Source: Bacteroidota bacterium (GTDB taxonomy: Bacteria; Bacteroidota; Ignavibacteria; UBA10030). Taken from it: a stretch of DNA of 64,000 nt. The notes under the pieces were generated by a model. The model ran no database searches. It was not told where the DNA came from and was given only the letters and a program-made list of their open reading frames with translations. How positions within the stretch are numbered: position 1 is the first letter of the stretch; every line of letters begins with the position of its first letter. Positions 29,931-40,463 of this stretch are shown here, one piece after another. Location: contig DATDRF010000297.1 in assembly GCA_035291905.1 (NCBI GenBank), forward strand, positions 14 through 64,013. Reading direction: 5' to 3'. The position numbers were made by a program, and so were the translations under genes.

Positions 29931-31982
29931 CTATCTGGTCATCACCATCTTGTTTGTGATAACCGACGCGGGTGTGCGAAGTTGGAAGAAATAAACGCCG
30001 GTGGAGGCGTTGCGGCCTGCGTCGTCTTTCCCGTCCCACCGGACAGTATTGCGGCCCGGAATCGAGGTTCCGGAAAAAAGCGTCCGAATCTTCTGCCCCA
30101 GAATATTGAAAACGACTACCTCGACTTTTTGAGCGCCCGGAGCATCGAATGTGATGCTGGTGCCGCTGTTGAAAGGATTCGGGAAATTCGCATTCAGCAC
30201 AAAGTTTTCCGGAATTTCATTGACGCCGGGAACATAGCTGACAATGTATTGTTGGAACTTAAAAGTGCTGTCAGGCGCACTGAAGGGCCAAGATCGGGTC
30301 CTCCCTCCATTATCCCGCGCGGAAAAGTATCCTCGGGGATACGTTGAATCGGTGCCGAGAGGCACTTCCGCGGTGAATACCGAAGGGGCTTGTGTCGGGG
30401 TCAACGGCACCCGTTGGAGCATCTCGGCAGGTGATCCCTGGAAGTAGAGAAAAAGGGAATCGCTCATTAATGCGGTATTTGAAGCGATCGAGATGTAGAC
30501 GGTCAACGTGGAATCCGTCAGAGTCACCATCGGTTTGTTGCTGAATGCGATGCCGTGATAGGTGACCGCAGCGAGGGCATTGACCATACCGTGGCCATAG
30601 AAATTGTTTGGCCACGTGGCAGTTCGCGAAGGGTCATCGGTATCATTATAGTGCGTTGCAGTTTGAATGAGGGCTTCGCGAACCTGCATTGGCGTAAGTT
30701 GAGGATGTGCGGACAGCACAAGGGCGGCCACGCCGGCAACCAATGGCGTGGAAAGCGAGGTGCCACCGACGGACGCATAGCCGGCAGTCGTGGCTCCGTA
30801 GGCAGAAACAACGCTCACGCCTTGTGCAACCACCTCCGGTTTGATCCTTCCGTCAAAGGTGGGGCCCGTTGAACTAAAGCCGGCTATTTCTCCAAAGGAA
30901 TGTACAGCCCCCACAGCAACAATGCTGTCGGCATCTGCAGGAGCAATCAGAGTGCCCGTGAGACCCGGCGCCCGGTTCCAGCCTTCATTCCCCATCGCAG
31001 TAACGAGAAGCACTCCCTTTCGCATCGCGATCAAGGCGGCTTTGGTGGTAACCGCTGTTTGGCCGTCGAGAGAATCGTAAGTGTACCAATCGATATACCC
31101 CAGCGAAGAGGAGACCAGATCCGCGCCGCTTTGTTCAAGCCATTCCAGGCCCTGAACGTAGTAATCCTCTTCGACCGGCGTCTCTGATCCGATGACCTCT
31201 GTCTTGGCGAGAAGGAACGATGCGCCGTAAGCCGGTCCAATCAGCGTATCTTCCTTGAATCCGGACAACGCCGAGTACGTAAACATCCCATGATCCCCCT
31301 GCCCGGGAACATCTCCTGATTGGATCGACGTATTCGAGTCTCCCTGGATAAAATCATACTCTGCCAGAACGTTGTTGTTCCTTGTTGCCGCGTGGACCCG
31401 ATGGTTATTGTAGCCGTCATCGACCATGCCGACAATAGTGCCGAACCCGTTGATCGAGAGATCGTGAACCGAAGGAACCTGTATATTTGCCAGCTGGGTC
31501 AGGGATAGCCCGTAGCTCAGCGTCGTTCCTGTCTGGGTCTTGCCGGCAATTGATTGTCGTGGAACCGGGTGAGGGTTGAGGGGTGGACGGCGAAAGAGGG
31601 CAACGGGACTGGCATCATGTACAAACGGCAGGGAACGGACCGCGGCAAGCTGCGAAGAAGAGCCCTTGACGGATACCGCGTTGAGCCATCGCGATACTGC
31701 CCGCACCTCAACGCCAAGCGCCCTCAGATTGTTGACATACTGCGGATTGACCGGAATATCGAGATTGTCGAGAATGTCATGTGCAGCCAGCACCTTTGAA
31801 CGTCGCCAAAGAGTGCGCGGGGAAATTCCAAGTTCTTGTGCGTCGGATGCTTGTATCCCGTAGGCGGGTTTGTCTCGAAAAAAAATCCATATTGCGCGGT
31901 TGCCTTCTGTCTGAGCAGCAAGCGTTTCAAAAAGGAAGACGCAAAGCAGAATGGCTCGTGACAATCGCATAGGAGAGCGCAA
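29931..31982 (-). CDS. S8 family subtilisin-like peptidase with T9SS C-terminal sorting domain
   Basis: Asp/His/Ser triad motifs (VGMVDDGY, HGMFTYS-region, GTSLSTPLVAG). C-terminal about 80 aa beta-sandwich ending ...GVYFFQLRTPASVITNKMVMTR, typical of the T9SS CTD. Confidence 0.85.
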   Translation of the reverse strand: MRSPMRLSRAILLCVFLFETLAAQTEGNRAIWIFFRDKPAYGIQASDAQELGISPRTLWRRSKVLAAHDILDNLDIPVNPQYVNNLRALGVEVRAVSRWLNAVSVKGSSSQLAAVRSLPFVHDASPVALFRRPPLNPHPVPRQSIAGKTQTGTTLSYGLSLTQLANIQVPSVHDLSINGFGTIVGMVDDGYNNHRVHAATRNNNVLAEYDFIQGDSNTSIQSGDVPGQGDHGMFTYSALSGFKEDTLIGPAYGASFLLAKTEVIGSETPVEEDYYVQGLEWLEQSGADLVSSSLGYIDWYTYDSLDGQTAVTTKAALIAMRKGVLLVTAMGNEGWNRAPGLTGTLIAPADADSIVAVGAVHSFGEIAGFSSTGPTFDGRIKPEVVAQGVSVVSAYGATTAGYASVGGTSLSTPLVAGVAALVLSAHPQLTPMQVREALIQTATHYNDTDDPSRTATWPNNFYGHGMVNALAAVTYHGIAFSNKPMVTLTDSTLTVYISIASNTALMSDSLFLYFQGSPAEMLQRVPLTPTQAPSVFTAEVPLGTDSTYPRGYFSARDNGGRTRSWPFSAPDSTFKFQQYIVSYVPGVNEIPENFVLNANFPNPFNSGTSITFDAPGAQKVEVVVFNILGQKIRTLFSGTSIPGRNTVRWDGKDDAGRNASTGVYFFQLRTPASVITNKMVMTR

Positions 31983-31987
31983 ATCCT

Positions 31988-32968
31988 CTAATCGGTGTTT
32001 GTGAGAAGCTTCTCTACGACATTCATCGGCGATACACCTTCGGCAGCGGCGTTGAAGCTCAGAACGATCCTATGGCGAAGGACCGGGCCCGCAATTGCGC
32101 GGACATCGTCGATATCAGGATTATGTCGTCCGTGCAAAATTGCTCTTGTTTTTGCCCCAAGAATGAGGAACTGCGATGCTCGTGGTCCCGCACCCCAGCG
32201 AATCCAGTTCTTGACGAATCCGGGCGCCTGCGGAGACTGGGGCCGGGTCCGGCTTACAAGATCGACGGCGAATTTAACCACATTATCGGCAACCGGAACT
32301 TTTCGAATAAGATCCTGGAACCCAATGATATCCCGCCCGCTTAAAATGTGCTGAAGGGAAGGCTGATACGGGCTGGTCGTTGCCTTGACGATCTCTTCTT
32401 CTTCTTCGAACGAAGGGTAGTCGAGCCAGAGATTGAACATGAACCGGTCAAGCTGAGCTTCAGGAAGGGGGTAGGTACCCTCCTGCTCAATGGGGTTCTG
32501 AGTCGCCAGTACAAAGAAGGGCTCTTCGAGCCGGTAGGTTTGTCCTGCCGCGGTAACGTGATGCTCCTGCATTGCTTCCAGCAGGGCCGCCTGGGTTTTG
32601 GGCGGCGTGCGGTTGATTTCGTCCGCCAGGATTATGTTTGCAAAGATCGGTCCGTGCACGAACTTGAAACTCTTCTGGCCTGAAGAGACATTCTCCTCGA
32701 TAATCTCGGTACCCGTGATATCGCTCGGCATAAGATCGGGCGTGAACTGAATGCGGCTGAACTTCAGGTCAAGTGCCTCAGCGAGGGTCTTGATGAGCAA
32801 TGTCTTTGCCAATCCGGGAACACCGACGAGAAGACAATGACCGCGCGCCAGTAGGGTGATCAGAAGCTGTTCAATAATAAGCTCTTGACCGACTATAACC
32901 TTGGCGATTTCCTTCTTTATATCTGCATATCCCCCGGTGAGGAGTCGGGCAGATTCGACGTCATTCAT
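31988..32968 (-). CDS. MoxR-family AAA+ ATPase
   Basis: Walker A GVPGLAKT. Walker B ILADEINR. The C-terminal region is typical of MoxR. Confidence 0.9.
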   Translation of the reverse strand: MNDVESARLLTGGYADIKKEIAKVIVGQELIIEQLLITLLARGHCLLVGVPGLAKTLLIKTLAEALDLKFSRIQFTPDLMPSDITGTEIIEENVSSGQKSFKFVHGPIFANIILADEINRTPPKTQAALLEAMQEHHVTAAGQTYRLEEPFFVLATQNPIEQEGTYPLPEAQLDRFMFNLWLDYPSFEEEEEIVKATTSPYQPSLQHILSGRDIIGFQDLIRKVPVADNVVKFAVDLVSRTRPQSPQAPGFVKNWIRWGAGPRASQFLILGAKTRAILHGRHNPDIDDVRAIAGPVLRHRIVLSFNAAAEGVSPMNVVEKLLTNTD

Positions 32969-32996
32969 GATTTCACGTGCTCCGATCGGATGGCTC

Positions 32997-34265
32997 TTAA
33001 AGCCGGACTTCCCAGAAGATGTTCTTCTTGAGTTCTTCGACCCATTCGTTGTTCATGCGCGAACGCTTGAAATAAAGGGCAATCTGTTCTATTCGCTTGA
33101 AATCCGTGTCAAGGCTCATCGCGTGCGCAGGCATGCGCTTTTTCACCCGCACGATCTGGTATCCGTAGGAACTCTTCAGTGTGACCCGATGCGGCAGCGA
33201 AATGTCACCGGTCTGGAGCGTTTTGAGGACACCGGCAAATTCGGCATCGAGTTGTTCAAGGTTGACCGTTCCAAGATCACCACCGAGAGATTTTGTCTCT
33301 TCGTCATCGGAATGTCGTTTCGCAAGCTCTTCAAACGATTCTCCCGCAAGCACCTTTGCCCGAATGGAGCGGAGCATCTCGACAGCAGAAGAGTCGCTGG
33401 CGGCCCCTTTCTCGATGCGCAGAAGGATGTGGCGTGCGTGAACCGATTCGCCACGACGTTCATCGAGCATGATGATATGCAGTCCGAACTCTGTCTTGAC
33501 GATTTCAGAAATTCCCTTCTCGGGGAGGGAAAAAACAATGGCTTCGAATTCCGGGACGAATGTCCCGCGTTTTGCCCAGCCGAGGTCTCCGCCCGCCCCG
33601 GCCGTTCCATCCTGAGAATAGCGACGCGCGAAATCCGCAAAATCTCCGCCAGCCCGTAAGCTATCGAGAACCAATTGAAGCTTCTGACGCGTTTGCTGCT
33701 CGATGGCGGAATCAGGCTTGGGGAGCAGGAAGATATTGCTCACGTCGAATTCTTCCGGAACCTGCGGGAGGCTGTCTTTGTATGATTCGTAGAACTCTTC
33801 GGTCTCCCTGCGAGTCACCTGGATGGTTTGCTCCCGCGTTTGGCGCAGTCGTTGAACGAGAAGCTGCTTCCGCATGTCCTCCCGGAATTCCCGCCTGATA
33901 CGGCTGAGCGGCATTCCGTAATACTGCTCCACTCTCTGCTGGGAACCGAGTTGGCGAATTATGCCGTCGAGTTGCTGATCAAGCGCCTGGGTCACCTCAT
34001 CATCGGTCACCTCAATGCTGTCGATGAAGGACTGGGCGAGCAGAAGCTTCTCGCTGATCATTCCGTCCAGCATTTGTTTACGGAGCTCCGGCTTCGAAGG
34101 ATCGAGCCGGTTCTGCAGGGCAAACATCGTTGTTCGTTCGGTGAGCTCCGACTCCGTGATAATTTCCTTCCCGACGACCGCAATGATCCGGTCGATCACT
34201 GTCTGAGCGGTAAGCGCCTGTGTGAGCAACAGGAGAAGGATGAGAGCGGCTTTGAGAGATTTCAT
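32997..34265 (-). CDS. SurA-like periplasmic chaperone / peptidyl-prolyl isomerase (two parvulin domains)
   Basis: Signal peptide; SurA N-terminal domain; two PpiC-type rotamase segments (HILLRIEKG..., GGDLG motifs). Confidence 0.7.
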   Translation of the reverse strand: MKSLKAALILLLLLTQALTAQTVIDRIIAVVGKEIITESELTERTTMFALQNRLDPSKPELRKQMLDGMISEKLLLAQSFIDSIEVTDDEVTQALDQQLDGIIRQLGSQQRVEQYYGMPLSRIRREFREDMRKQLLVQRLRQTREQTIQVTRRETEEFYESYKDSLPQVPEEFDVSNIFLLPKPDSAIEQQTRQKLQLVLDSLRAGGDFADFARRYSQDGTAGAGGDLGWAKRGTFVPEFEAIVFSLPEKGISEIVKTEFGLHIIMLDERRGESVHARHILLRIEKGAASDSSAVEMLRSIRAKVLAGESFEELAKRHSDDEETKSLGGDLGTVNLEQLDAEFAGVLKTLQTGDISLPHRVTLKSSYGYQIVRVKKRMPAHAMSLDTDFKRIEQIALYFKRSRMNNEWVEELKKNIFWEVRL

Positions 34266-34274
34266 GGGTAAATC

Positions 34275-35144
34275 CTATTCATGTGTTCTCAGGGAAAGCG
34301 AATCCTGAGGAACGGAACTTATGAGAACCTGAACAACATGTTTGGAACGAAGGTTCTCGAGAAGTCTATCCATCGTCTGCTGACGTCGATTAACGGCGAG
34401 CCTGCTGAGGATCTCATCTCTCACGTACGCCAAATCTGCCGTGCCGCCGTTCCGGGAGAACCTCCATACAATCAGCACACAGTACCCTTCATCCGTGCGA
34501 ATCGGAAATGAAGGCTCCTGGCGCGGCGTTGCAGATAACACGCGCCAGAGTTCCGACGGGAGAAGGGTCGTTGAGGTGTAGTAGGAAGAATCTGCATGCA
34601 TGACCACGCCGGAGGCCTGGGCCGGGTCGGCCAAAAGTTCATTGCGGGCCCTGGTCCACGCGGTTCCCCGCGTGATCTTTGTTCGGAAAGAATTGGCCTG
34701 GTCGCGGTCGCGGAAGAATACGAAACTGATGAGAGCAACGTCTTGCGTCAGGCGAAACTGATCGCGGTTGCTTTCAAAGTACGAATGCACCTCTTCATCC
34801 GCACTGGTCTGAGTTGAAGCGTTGTAGATCTCTTCATCGAGGAGGGCATTGATGGCAAATTGACGTCGAATGTCTTCCAACCGCGTTTCAAAATCGTCAC
34901 TTTGGTCGAGGCCCCTCCGTACCGCCTCCTGATATAACAATTCGTTTGTCAGCCAACGCTGGATGTATTCATGGACCTGGGCCCTGGAGATTCCGCGCGA
35001 CGAATCAAACCGGGCCTCGACCTCTTCGAGTGTCAGTGTGCGATTGTCAATTCGGGCGATCGGCGTTCGCGGCTGCTGGGGTTTTTGGCACCCGACAAAG
35101 GCGGCGACAAACAAGAGACAGGCAGCGAGACGATTCTTATTCAA
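34275..35144 (-). CDS. SurA N-domain-like periplasmic chaperone (lipoprotein-type signal)
   Basis: Lipoprotein-like signal (LLFVAAFVGC). SurA_N-like helical region. No clear rotamase domain. Confidence 0.45.
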   Translation of the reverse strand: MNKNRLAACLLFVAAFVGCQKPQQPRTPIARIDNRTLTLEEVEARFDSSRGISRAQVHEYIQRWLTNELLYQEAVRRGLDQSDDFETRLEDIRRQFAINALLDEEIYNASTQTSADEEVHSYFESNRDQFRLTQDVALISFVFFRDRDQANSFRTKITRGTAWTRARNELLADPAQASGVVMHADSSYYTSTTLLPSELWRVLSATPRQEPSFPIRTDEGYCVLIVWRFSRNGGTADLAYVRDEILSRLAVNRRQQTMDRLLENLRSKHVVQVLISSVPQDSLSLRTHE

Positions 35145-37128
35145 TGGGTTCGCCTTTGAACGCTTCCCGAAACACGTCTTCGTTGATTTCCACCTTGTAC
35201 TTCCTCCTCAAGGAATCGATCCACGCTTCCGTTCGAAGCTTCGATGCGATATCCCGGTACTGACTTGTCACTTCAGGAAGGGCCTCTTCATACGTTTTGT
35301 CTTCGGCGAGCTTCTTGTCAATCTTCTTGATGATGGACCAGCCGGATTCGTAAGCGATGGGCGCCGTAACGCTGTCGGTCTTCATGGAAACAGCCATGGC
35401 CATCAAGTCGTTGGTTCTCGCCGGAACAAATCCCCATTCGCCGCGCTTTTCCTTGAAACCCGGCCGTTCTGTGTACTGAGCCGCGAGGGTTCCGAAATCT
35501 TCCCCTTTGTTAATGCGGCCGTACAGAGCGACGGCAAGGCTTTCGGTGCGAACGAAAATCTCGGCGATGTTCACGCGGAAAGGCCAGCGAAAGCGCTTGC
35601 GGTTGGACTCATAATGCTGACGCAACAAGGAGTCATTCACAACGGTCTTGTTGTAGATTTCATCCTGTTCAATCCGGTAGATCAGCGTCCCGTTCTCGTA
35701 CTCCTTCATAAGGTCCTCGAACTCGGGATAGCGTTGGGAAAGAGTTGAAGTGTGGTCGTCGAGGATTGTCGATTCAGCAAGACGCTCGGTGATATTATCG
35801 ACATTCGACGGAGTCAACGGCATTACGCCGAACTCCTCGCTGGACTTCACCCTGTTGATGAAATCCTGAACGGTGAAGACTTTCGAACCGTAGGAGAAAA
35901 GGGTGTCGGTGAGCCATTCGGGTTTGATCGTATCGGTCCATCCGGTATTCTGACCGGTGAGGGTGCTGTCAAACGAATGGGTCAGGTCATAACGCAAAGT
36001 CACGTTAAAGTCCAGGTTGTACTGTTTGATCAACGTATGCATGAAATTCTCGTAATCCGTCCCATAGTACACCTGTTGGTAACGTTGACGAAGGTCTTTT
36101 TCCGCCTCTTCAAACGTAGGGGTTGCTTTGGCCTCGGTTACAGTGAACAGATGATAACCGTATGCGGCCCGATACGGGGGAGCGATCGTGTTGACTCGGG
36201 TGGAGAAAAGGATCGACGCAATGTCAGGCGGCAAGCCTGATCGCTCATAGAATCCCAGGTCGCCCGCCTGCATCTTGCTGTTTGGATCGTCGGAGTAGAG
36301 ATATGCAGCCTGTGCGAATGTTATTTCATTGCTTGCGAGCCTGCGAAGAATGAAATCGATGCTGTCGCGCACTGCGGCCGTATCGGACAGATTGGGGGCA
36401 AACCTCTTAAAAACATGACTGACTCGGACAGCACCCCTGTTCGGCTGACGGGCATTGACCCTGATAATATGGTAGCCGAAACGGGTTCTGACGGGTCTCG
36501 GAGAGACTTCCCCCGGTTGAAGAGCATAAGCGGCGTCTTCGAATTCCGGAACCATGCGGCCCATGCTGAACCAGCCGAGATCGCCATGATTCATCTTTGC
36601 GCTTGGATCGTTGGAGTACTGACTCGCTACTGAATCAAAACTCGCGCTATCCAGCATTTTCCTGAGCTGATCGGCCTTGGTGTAGGCAACGAGGGTGTCG
36701 ACCGGTGTAGGCTCACCGGGTAACCGGACGAGAATATGACTTGCCCTTATTTCTTCCATCAGCCTCCGATGCATCTCCCTGAGGCGCGGCTCGATCAGTT
36801 CCTTGCCAAGCATGTAGGAAGCACCGATGGAAGACCGATATGAGCGAAGTTCGTTTTGAATTGCCGTATCGCGAAGAAGGCCCCGATCCCGAGCCTCGAT
36901 CAGCTTTAGCTTATATTTGACAAAGAGGTCGAGAAATCGCTTTCGGTCCTCTTCACTCGAAGCTTTAGCCTTTTCCCAGCCACCGTTGTTGGCAGCATAC
37001 ATCTTCTCGAATTCCCGAAGGGGAACTTGTTCATCCCCCAGCGTTGCCAATGTCGATTGGGACGAAGAACATCCCGCGATGATGAGGGATATGGCGGGAA
37101 GCAGGGCAAGAATGAAGCGGAAGAACAT
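35137..37128 (-). CDS. PpiD/SurA-like peptidyl-prolyl isomerase (663 aa)
   Basis: Two parvulin-like segments (ASHILVRLPGE, GDLGWFSMGRMVPEFE and GDLGFYERSGLPPD) with an N-terminal lipobox. Confidence 0.65.
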   Translation of the reverse strand: MFFRFILALLPAISLIIAGCSSSQSTLATLGDEQVPLREFEKMYAANNGGWEKAKASSEEDRKRFLDLFVKYKLKLIEARDRGLLRDTAIQNELRSYRSSIGASYMLGKELIEPRLREMHRRLMEEIRASHILVRLPGEPTPVDTLVAYTKADQLRKMLDSASFDSVASQYSNDPSAKMNHGDLGWFSMGRMVPEFEDAAYALQPGEVSPRPVRTRFGYHIIRVNARQPNRGAVRVSHVFKRFAPNLSDTAAVRDSIDFILRRLASNEITFAQAAYLYSDDPNSKMQAGDLGFYERSGLPPDIASILFSTRVNTIAPPYRAAYGYHLFTVTEAKATPTFEEAEKDLRQRYQQVYYGTDYENFMHTLIKQYNLDFNVTLRYDLTHSFDSTLTGQNTGWTDTIKPEWLTDTLFSYGSKVFTVQDFINRVKSSEEFGVMPLTPSNVDNITERLAESTILDDHTSTLSQRYPEFEDLMKEYENGTLIYRIEQDEIYNKTVVNDSLLRQHYESNRKRFRWPFRVNIAEIFVRTESLAVALYGRINKGEDFGTLAAQYTERPGFKEKRGEWGFVPARTNDLMAMAVSMKTDSVTAPIAYESGWSIIKKIDKKLAEDKTYEEALPEVTSQYRDIASKLRTEAWIDSLRRKYKVEINEDVFREAFKGEPIE

Positions 37129-37256
37129 GGTTATATCCTCTTATGCTGCTTGGAGTTACAGAATTACCGATCCTGTGGAAATTTCAAAGTAACCAAAATT
37201 GGAGTGTCAAGCAAGGCAATCATACCGCCGTCCTGCCTGTGTTCCGGAGAGAATTG

Positions 37257-38207
37257 TCAGATCGAGGTCTTGAGAAGATCCTTCTTGCGCTTGAGCAACT
37301 GATTGCCACGCCAGCCCTGCAGTTCGAACAATTGGGAAGAAGAAGAGGATTGAATTGTATATGTCTCACTTCCTTTCGCCTGCGAGATCCTCAGATGTAT
37401 GCCGGCAAATGTTATCGTGGCGATAAGCTTCGACTTTGCAGGAAGGGAATCGAGAAATTCATCGCCCTGGAGGTTCGCAAGCAAGCCAAGGAGGCTGCTG
37501 AGAGCGGCTTCGTCTGCAATCTGATTCCCGATCATCCACACGCTATCCTTCCATGATACTGTGAAGGTCGTGTCGCCGAACTGGTATTGGATCTCTGTGA
37601 TACTCTCCCGAGGAACTGAAACCACCGTTCGGTCGCGCCATTCTTTCAGCGGTTGTCGAGCAGACCGGGAGACGGCCCCGTCTACAAGATACACCTCGTT
37701 CGTTTTCTCCGGCCTCACGTAGACGTCACCGTATCCTGGTCCGGGTTTGCCGATGAAGAGGGAGCCCACCTCATTCTCCTGATGGAAGATCTTCAGGAGG
37801 AGGGCCGTGGAATCAACCTGAAAGAGTGAGTGTTTTTCCGGCCTGTCGGAAACCGTCGCCTTGATCATGGTAGAACTCAGCTCATGAAGCAGCGTCGTTA
37901 CGGCGTTTTGGCTTGCGCGCGCTGGAAGCGGACTTTCGATGTGCCACTCCGCTCCCCGCTTTGTCATGGAGAGCGGAAGACCGGGTGAGTCGATTCTGAT
38001 CCTGTCGACAGACGCGGAATCAATCCGGAGAAGAGGCTCTCCCTCCGATGAATCGAGACTCTGTTCTCCCGGACGCTGCATCAGAAAGAAAGCAATGGCG
38101 CCAAGAACGACCACTGCTCCGAGAAGGGCAAGCGTGTTTCTGTTCATCTTGATTGTCACCGGGATTGATGTTCGAGCGCTTTCTTGATCGAGACGCGGCG
38201 CCTCCAC
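37257..38207 (-). CDS. DUF4340-like protein (accessory protein of the Gld-type ABC transporter)
   Basis: Position and size relative to gldG. N-terminal TM anchor. Confidence 0.5.
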   Translation of the reverse strand: MEAPRLDQESARTSIPVTIKMNRNTLALLGAVVVLGAIAFFLMQRPGEQSLDSSEGEPLLRIDSASVDRIRIDSPGLPLSMTKRGAEWHIESPLPARASQNAVTTLLHELSSTMIKATVSDRPEKHSLFQVDSTALLLKIFHQENEVGSLFIGKPGPGYGDVYVRPEKTNEVYLVDGAVSRSARQPLKEWRDRTVVSVPRESITEIQYQFGDTTFTVSWKDSVWMIGNQIADEAALSSLLGLLANLQGDEFLDSLPAKSKLIATITFAGIHLRISQAKGSETYTIQSSSSSQLFELQGWRGNQLLKRKKDLLKTSI

Positions 38208-39799
38208 CGGAGAAGCCCGTACGCAATAACGGCAATCGGTGGGAGCAGGAGATTGATGTACTTCAAAAAGCGCCTTGTCGCGTCGGAAACCTGTTCAAGC
38301 GGCGGTTGGGAAATATTCTTTGATCGTATGGTGATCAGTCCCGCATCGTCAGCAAGGTAATCAACGATGTTCGCGAAGAAGTTCAGGTTGTCCCGCGAGC
38401 CAAGGTACTCGTCTTTCATGAAATCGCCGTCACCTACGACAAGGATCCTGGTGTCGGGAGAGGAGGTCAGTGTTGCTAGCGGCTGTTTGTCGGAAAAGAA
38501 GCTCTTGAACGATCCCTCAACAACCGCGGCAAGGGGAATATCCTTTTCGGCGAGATCAGCCGGCGCCAGCTTCTGGAAAGGATCGATCATCATGAACCCG
38601 GTCTGCCGTCCGCTTTGCTGCGACGAGCGAACAAGCACTTCCGCCTGAAGGCCCTTTTGGGCCGCCGTACTTGTATCGATAGAACTGACAAAGAAGAAGA
38701 AGACGTTCTGAAGGTCCTTTACCATGACGTTGTTGCTGCTGAAATTCGAAGCATTCGGCAAGAGCGGAAAAGGCACCTGACTTTGCATGCGAAACATTCC
38801 TTGCTGCTGCATCACGGTCACCGGGGCGCATTGGGCGTCCCGCACAAGGTCGTTATTGATGCGAGCGCCGTAGTGGGCGAGCAAATCATCGAGGCCAAGA
38901 TCCATCTCCTGTGCAAACCGGGCTTGAAGCGTGGCATTGTAGCGATTGAGGAGGAAGGCAGTCTTTCCGCCCCGCATGAGGAACTGGTCGACAGCAAGCT
39001 TGCTGCTGTCTGAAAACCGCGATTGAGGCGAGACGATGAGAAGAGCGGTAATATCTCCCGGGACTTCCTTTCCCCCGGCAAGGTCCACAGGAGTCAGCTC
39101 ATACTGGGCCGAGATAACCTGAGCTGCCTGTCGGTAGCCTGACGGATCGACCTCCTGATGACCCGTTGAATAGCCGATCTTCTTCTTCTCCCTGACCGTC
39201 AGCCGTTTCATCGCACTGCTCAAGTCATACTCGAGAGAAGCGAGATTCTGGATGACCGGCAAAACCTCTTTTTTGTCTTCGTACAACATAACCAGGCCCA
39301 TGTATCCGCGCTTGACCTCGAGCTTGTCGTTGTTAATTACCTGCACCTGCACAGGTGCGACACCTTGCCCCTGGGCCTCCTGCTCTCCGTTTTCACCCTC
39401 CGGGCTAATGAAGTCGAACTGCAGGTTCCCCCCTGAGTATGCCTTGTAGTCATTGAGAATATCGAGCGTTGCCCGCCGGTTGCCATTGTACGGTGCCGGA
39501 AGGTCTTCTGTGAAGTACGCTTTGACGGTGATCCGGTCATCCAAAGAGCGGACGATGGTTTTGCTTGCTTCGGAAAGCGTATAGACATTCTGCGAGGTCA
39601 GGTCCAGACGACCAAAAAGCCGGATGGAGATGAAGTTCACCAGAATGACAAGGGCGAGGACAATGAGGAGGCGGATCAGTGTTTGAGTTCTTTGCGGTTT
39701 CATTGTTGACTCACCATTTGCGACGCTCAAGGGAAACGACCGAACAATACAACGTGAACCCGAGGATGCTCGCGAAATAAATGAGATCCCGCGTGTCAA
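38156..39799 (-). CDS. gldG: GldG-like ABC transporter auxiliary protein
   Basis: N- and C-terminal TM anchors flank a large periplasmic domain. It lies immediately downstream of the ABC-2 permease and ATPase genes. Confidence 0.7.
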   Translation of the reverse strand: MTRGISFISRASSGSRCIVRSFPLSVANGESTMKPQRTQTLIRLLIVLALVILVNFISIRLFGRLDLTSQNVYTLSEASKTIVRSLDDRITVKAYFTEDLPAPYNGNRRATLDILNDYKAYSGGNLQFDFISPEGENGEQEAQGQGVAPVQVQVINNDKLEVKRGYMGLVMLYEDKKEVLPVIQNLASLEYDLSSAMKRLTVREKKKIGYSTGHQEVDPSGYRQAAQVISAQYELTPVDLAGGKEVPGDITALLIVSPQSRFSDSSKLAVDQFLMRGGKTAFLLNRYNATLQARFAQEMDLGLDDLLAHYGARINNDLVRDAQCAPVTVMQQQGMFRMQSQVPFPLLPNASNFSSNNVMVKDLQNVFFFFVSSIDTSTAAQKGLQAEVLVRSSQQSGRQTGFMMIDPFQKLAPADLAEKDIPLAAVVEGSFKSFFSDKQPLATLTSSPDTRILVVGDGDFMKDEYLGSRDNLNFFANIVDYLADDAGLITIRSKNISQPPLEQVSDATRRFLKYINLLLPPIAVIAYGLLRWRRRVSIKKALEHQSR

Positions 39800-40448
39800 T
39801 GACCCCCCTCGCCATGCTCAGGAAGTGTGAATCGGTGCTGAGGTATTCCAGGAGACTTGCGAGAGCTTCGGGCATGAAAATGAGAACCTTGTCAACGATG
39901 AAGAAGACCAGGATGAGGAAGATGCCAAGGAGGAATGCTACGATCTGATTATCGGTGACGCTGGAGGCAAAAAGGCCGAGACTTACGAAAACTCCCGCCA
40001 TGAGTAAGAGCCCCAGGTATCCTCCGATGACAGGGCCGTTGTCGATGGTGCCGAGCGAAGAAATCGTCACATAGTAGACCAGCGAAGGAAGGAGGGCGAT
40101 CCCCATGAGACTCCAGGCGGCAAAGAATTTGCCCAGGATAATCTCCGCGTCATGGACCGGCTTGGTCGTGAGAAGTTCAATCGTTCCTGACTTTCGCTCC
40201 TCGGCCAGGAGCCGCATAGTAATTGCCGGGATGACAAAAAGGAAGATCCATCGGGCGGTTTCGAACATCTCGCGCATCGAAGCAGCATTGGCCAGAAAAA
40301 TGTTGCTTGCATAGAACCAACCCAGCAGCGCCAGGAACACAACAATGACCACGTAGGCAACCGCAGAATTGAAATACGAGCGCAATTCCTTGATGTAAAT
40401 GGGAACGATGTTCTTGAGCTGCACTGAACTGGGTAATTGGAATGCCAT
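39711..40448 (-). CDS. gldF: ABC-2 type transporter permease (GldF-like)
   Basis: Six TM helices in the ABC-2 family pattern. Confidence 0.7.
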   Translation of the reverse strand: MAFQLPSSVQLKNIVPIYIKELRSYFNSAVAYVVIVVFLALLGWFYASNIFLANAASMREMFETARWIFLFVIPAITMRLLAEERKSGTIELLTTKPVHDAEIILGKFFAAWSLMGIALLPSLVYYVTISSLGTIDNGPVIGGYLGLLLMAGVFVSLGLFASSVTDNQIVAFLLGIFLILVFFIVDKVLIFMPEALASLLEYLSTDSHFLSMARGVIDTRDLIYFASILGFTLYCSVVSLERRKW

Positions 40449-40463
40449 GAGGGAATCCCGCGG

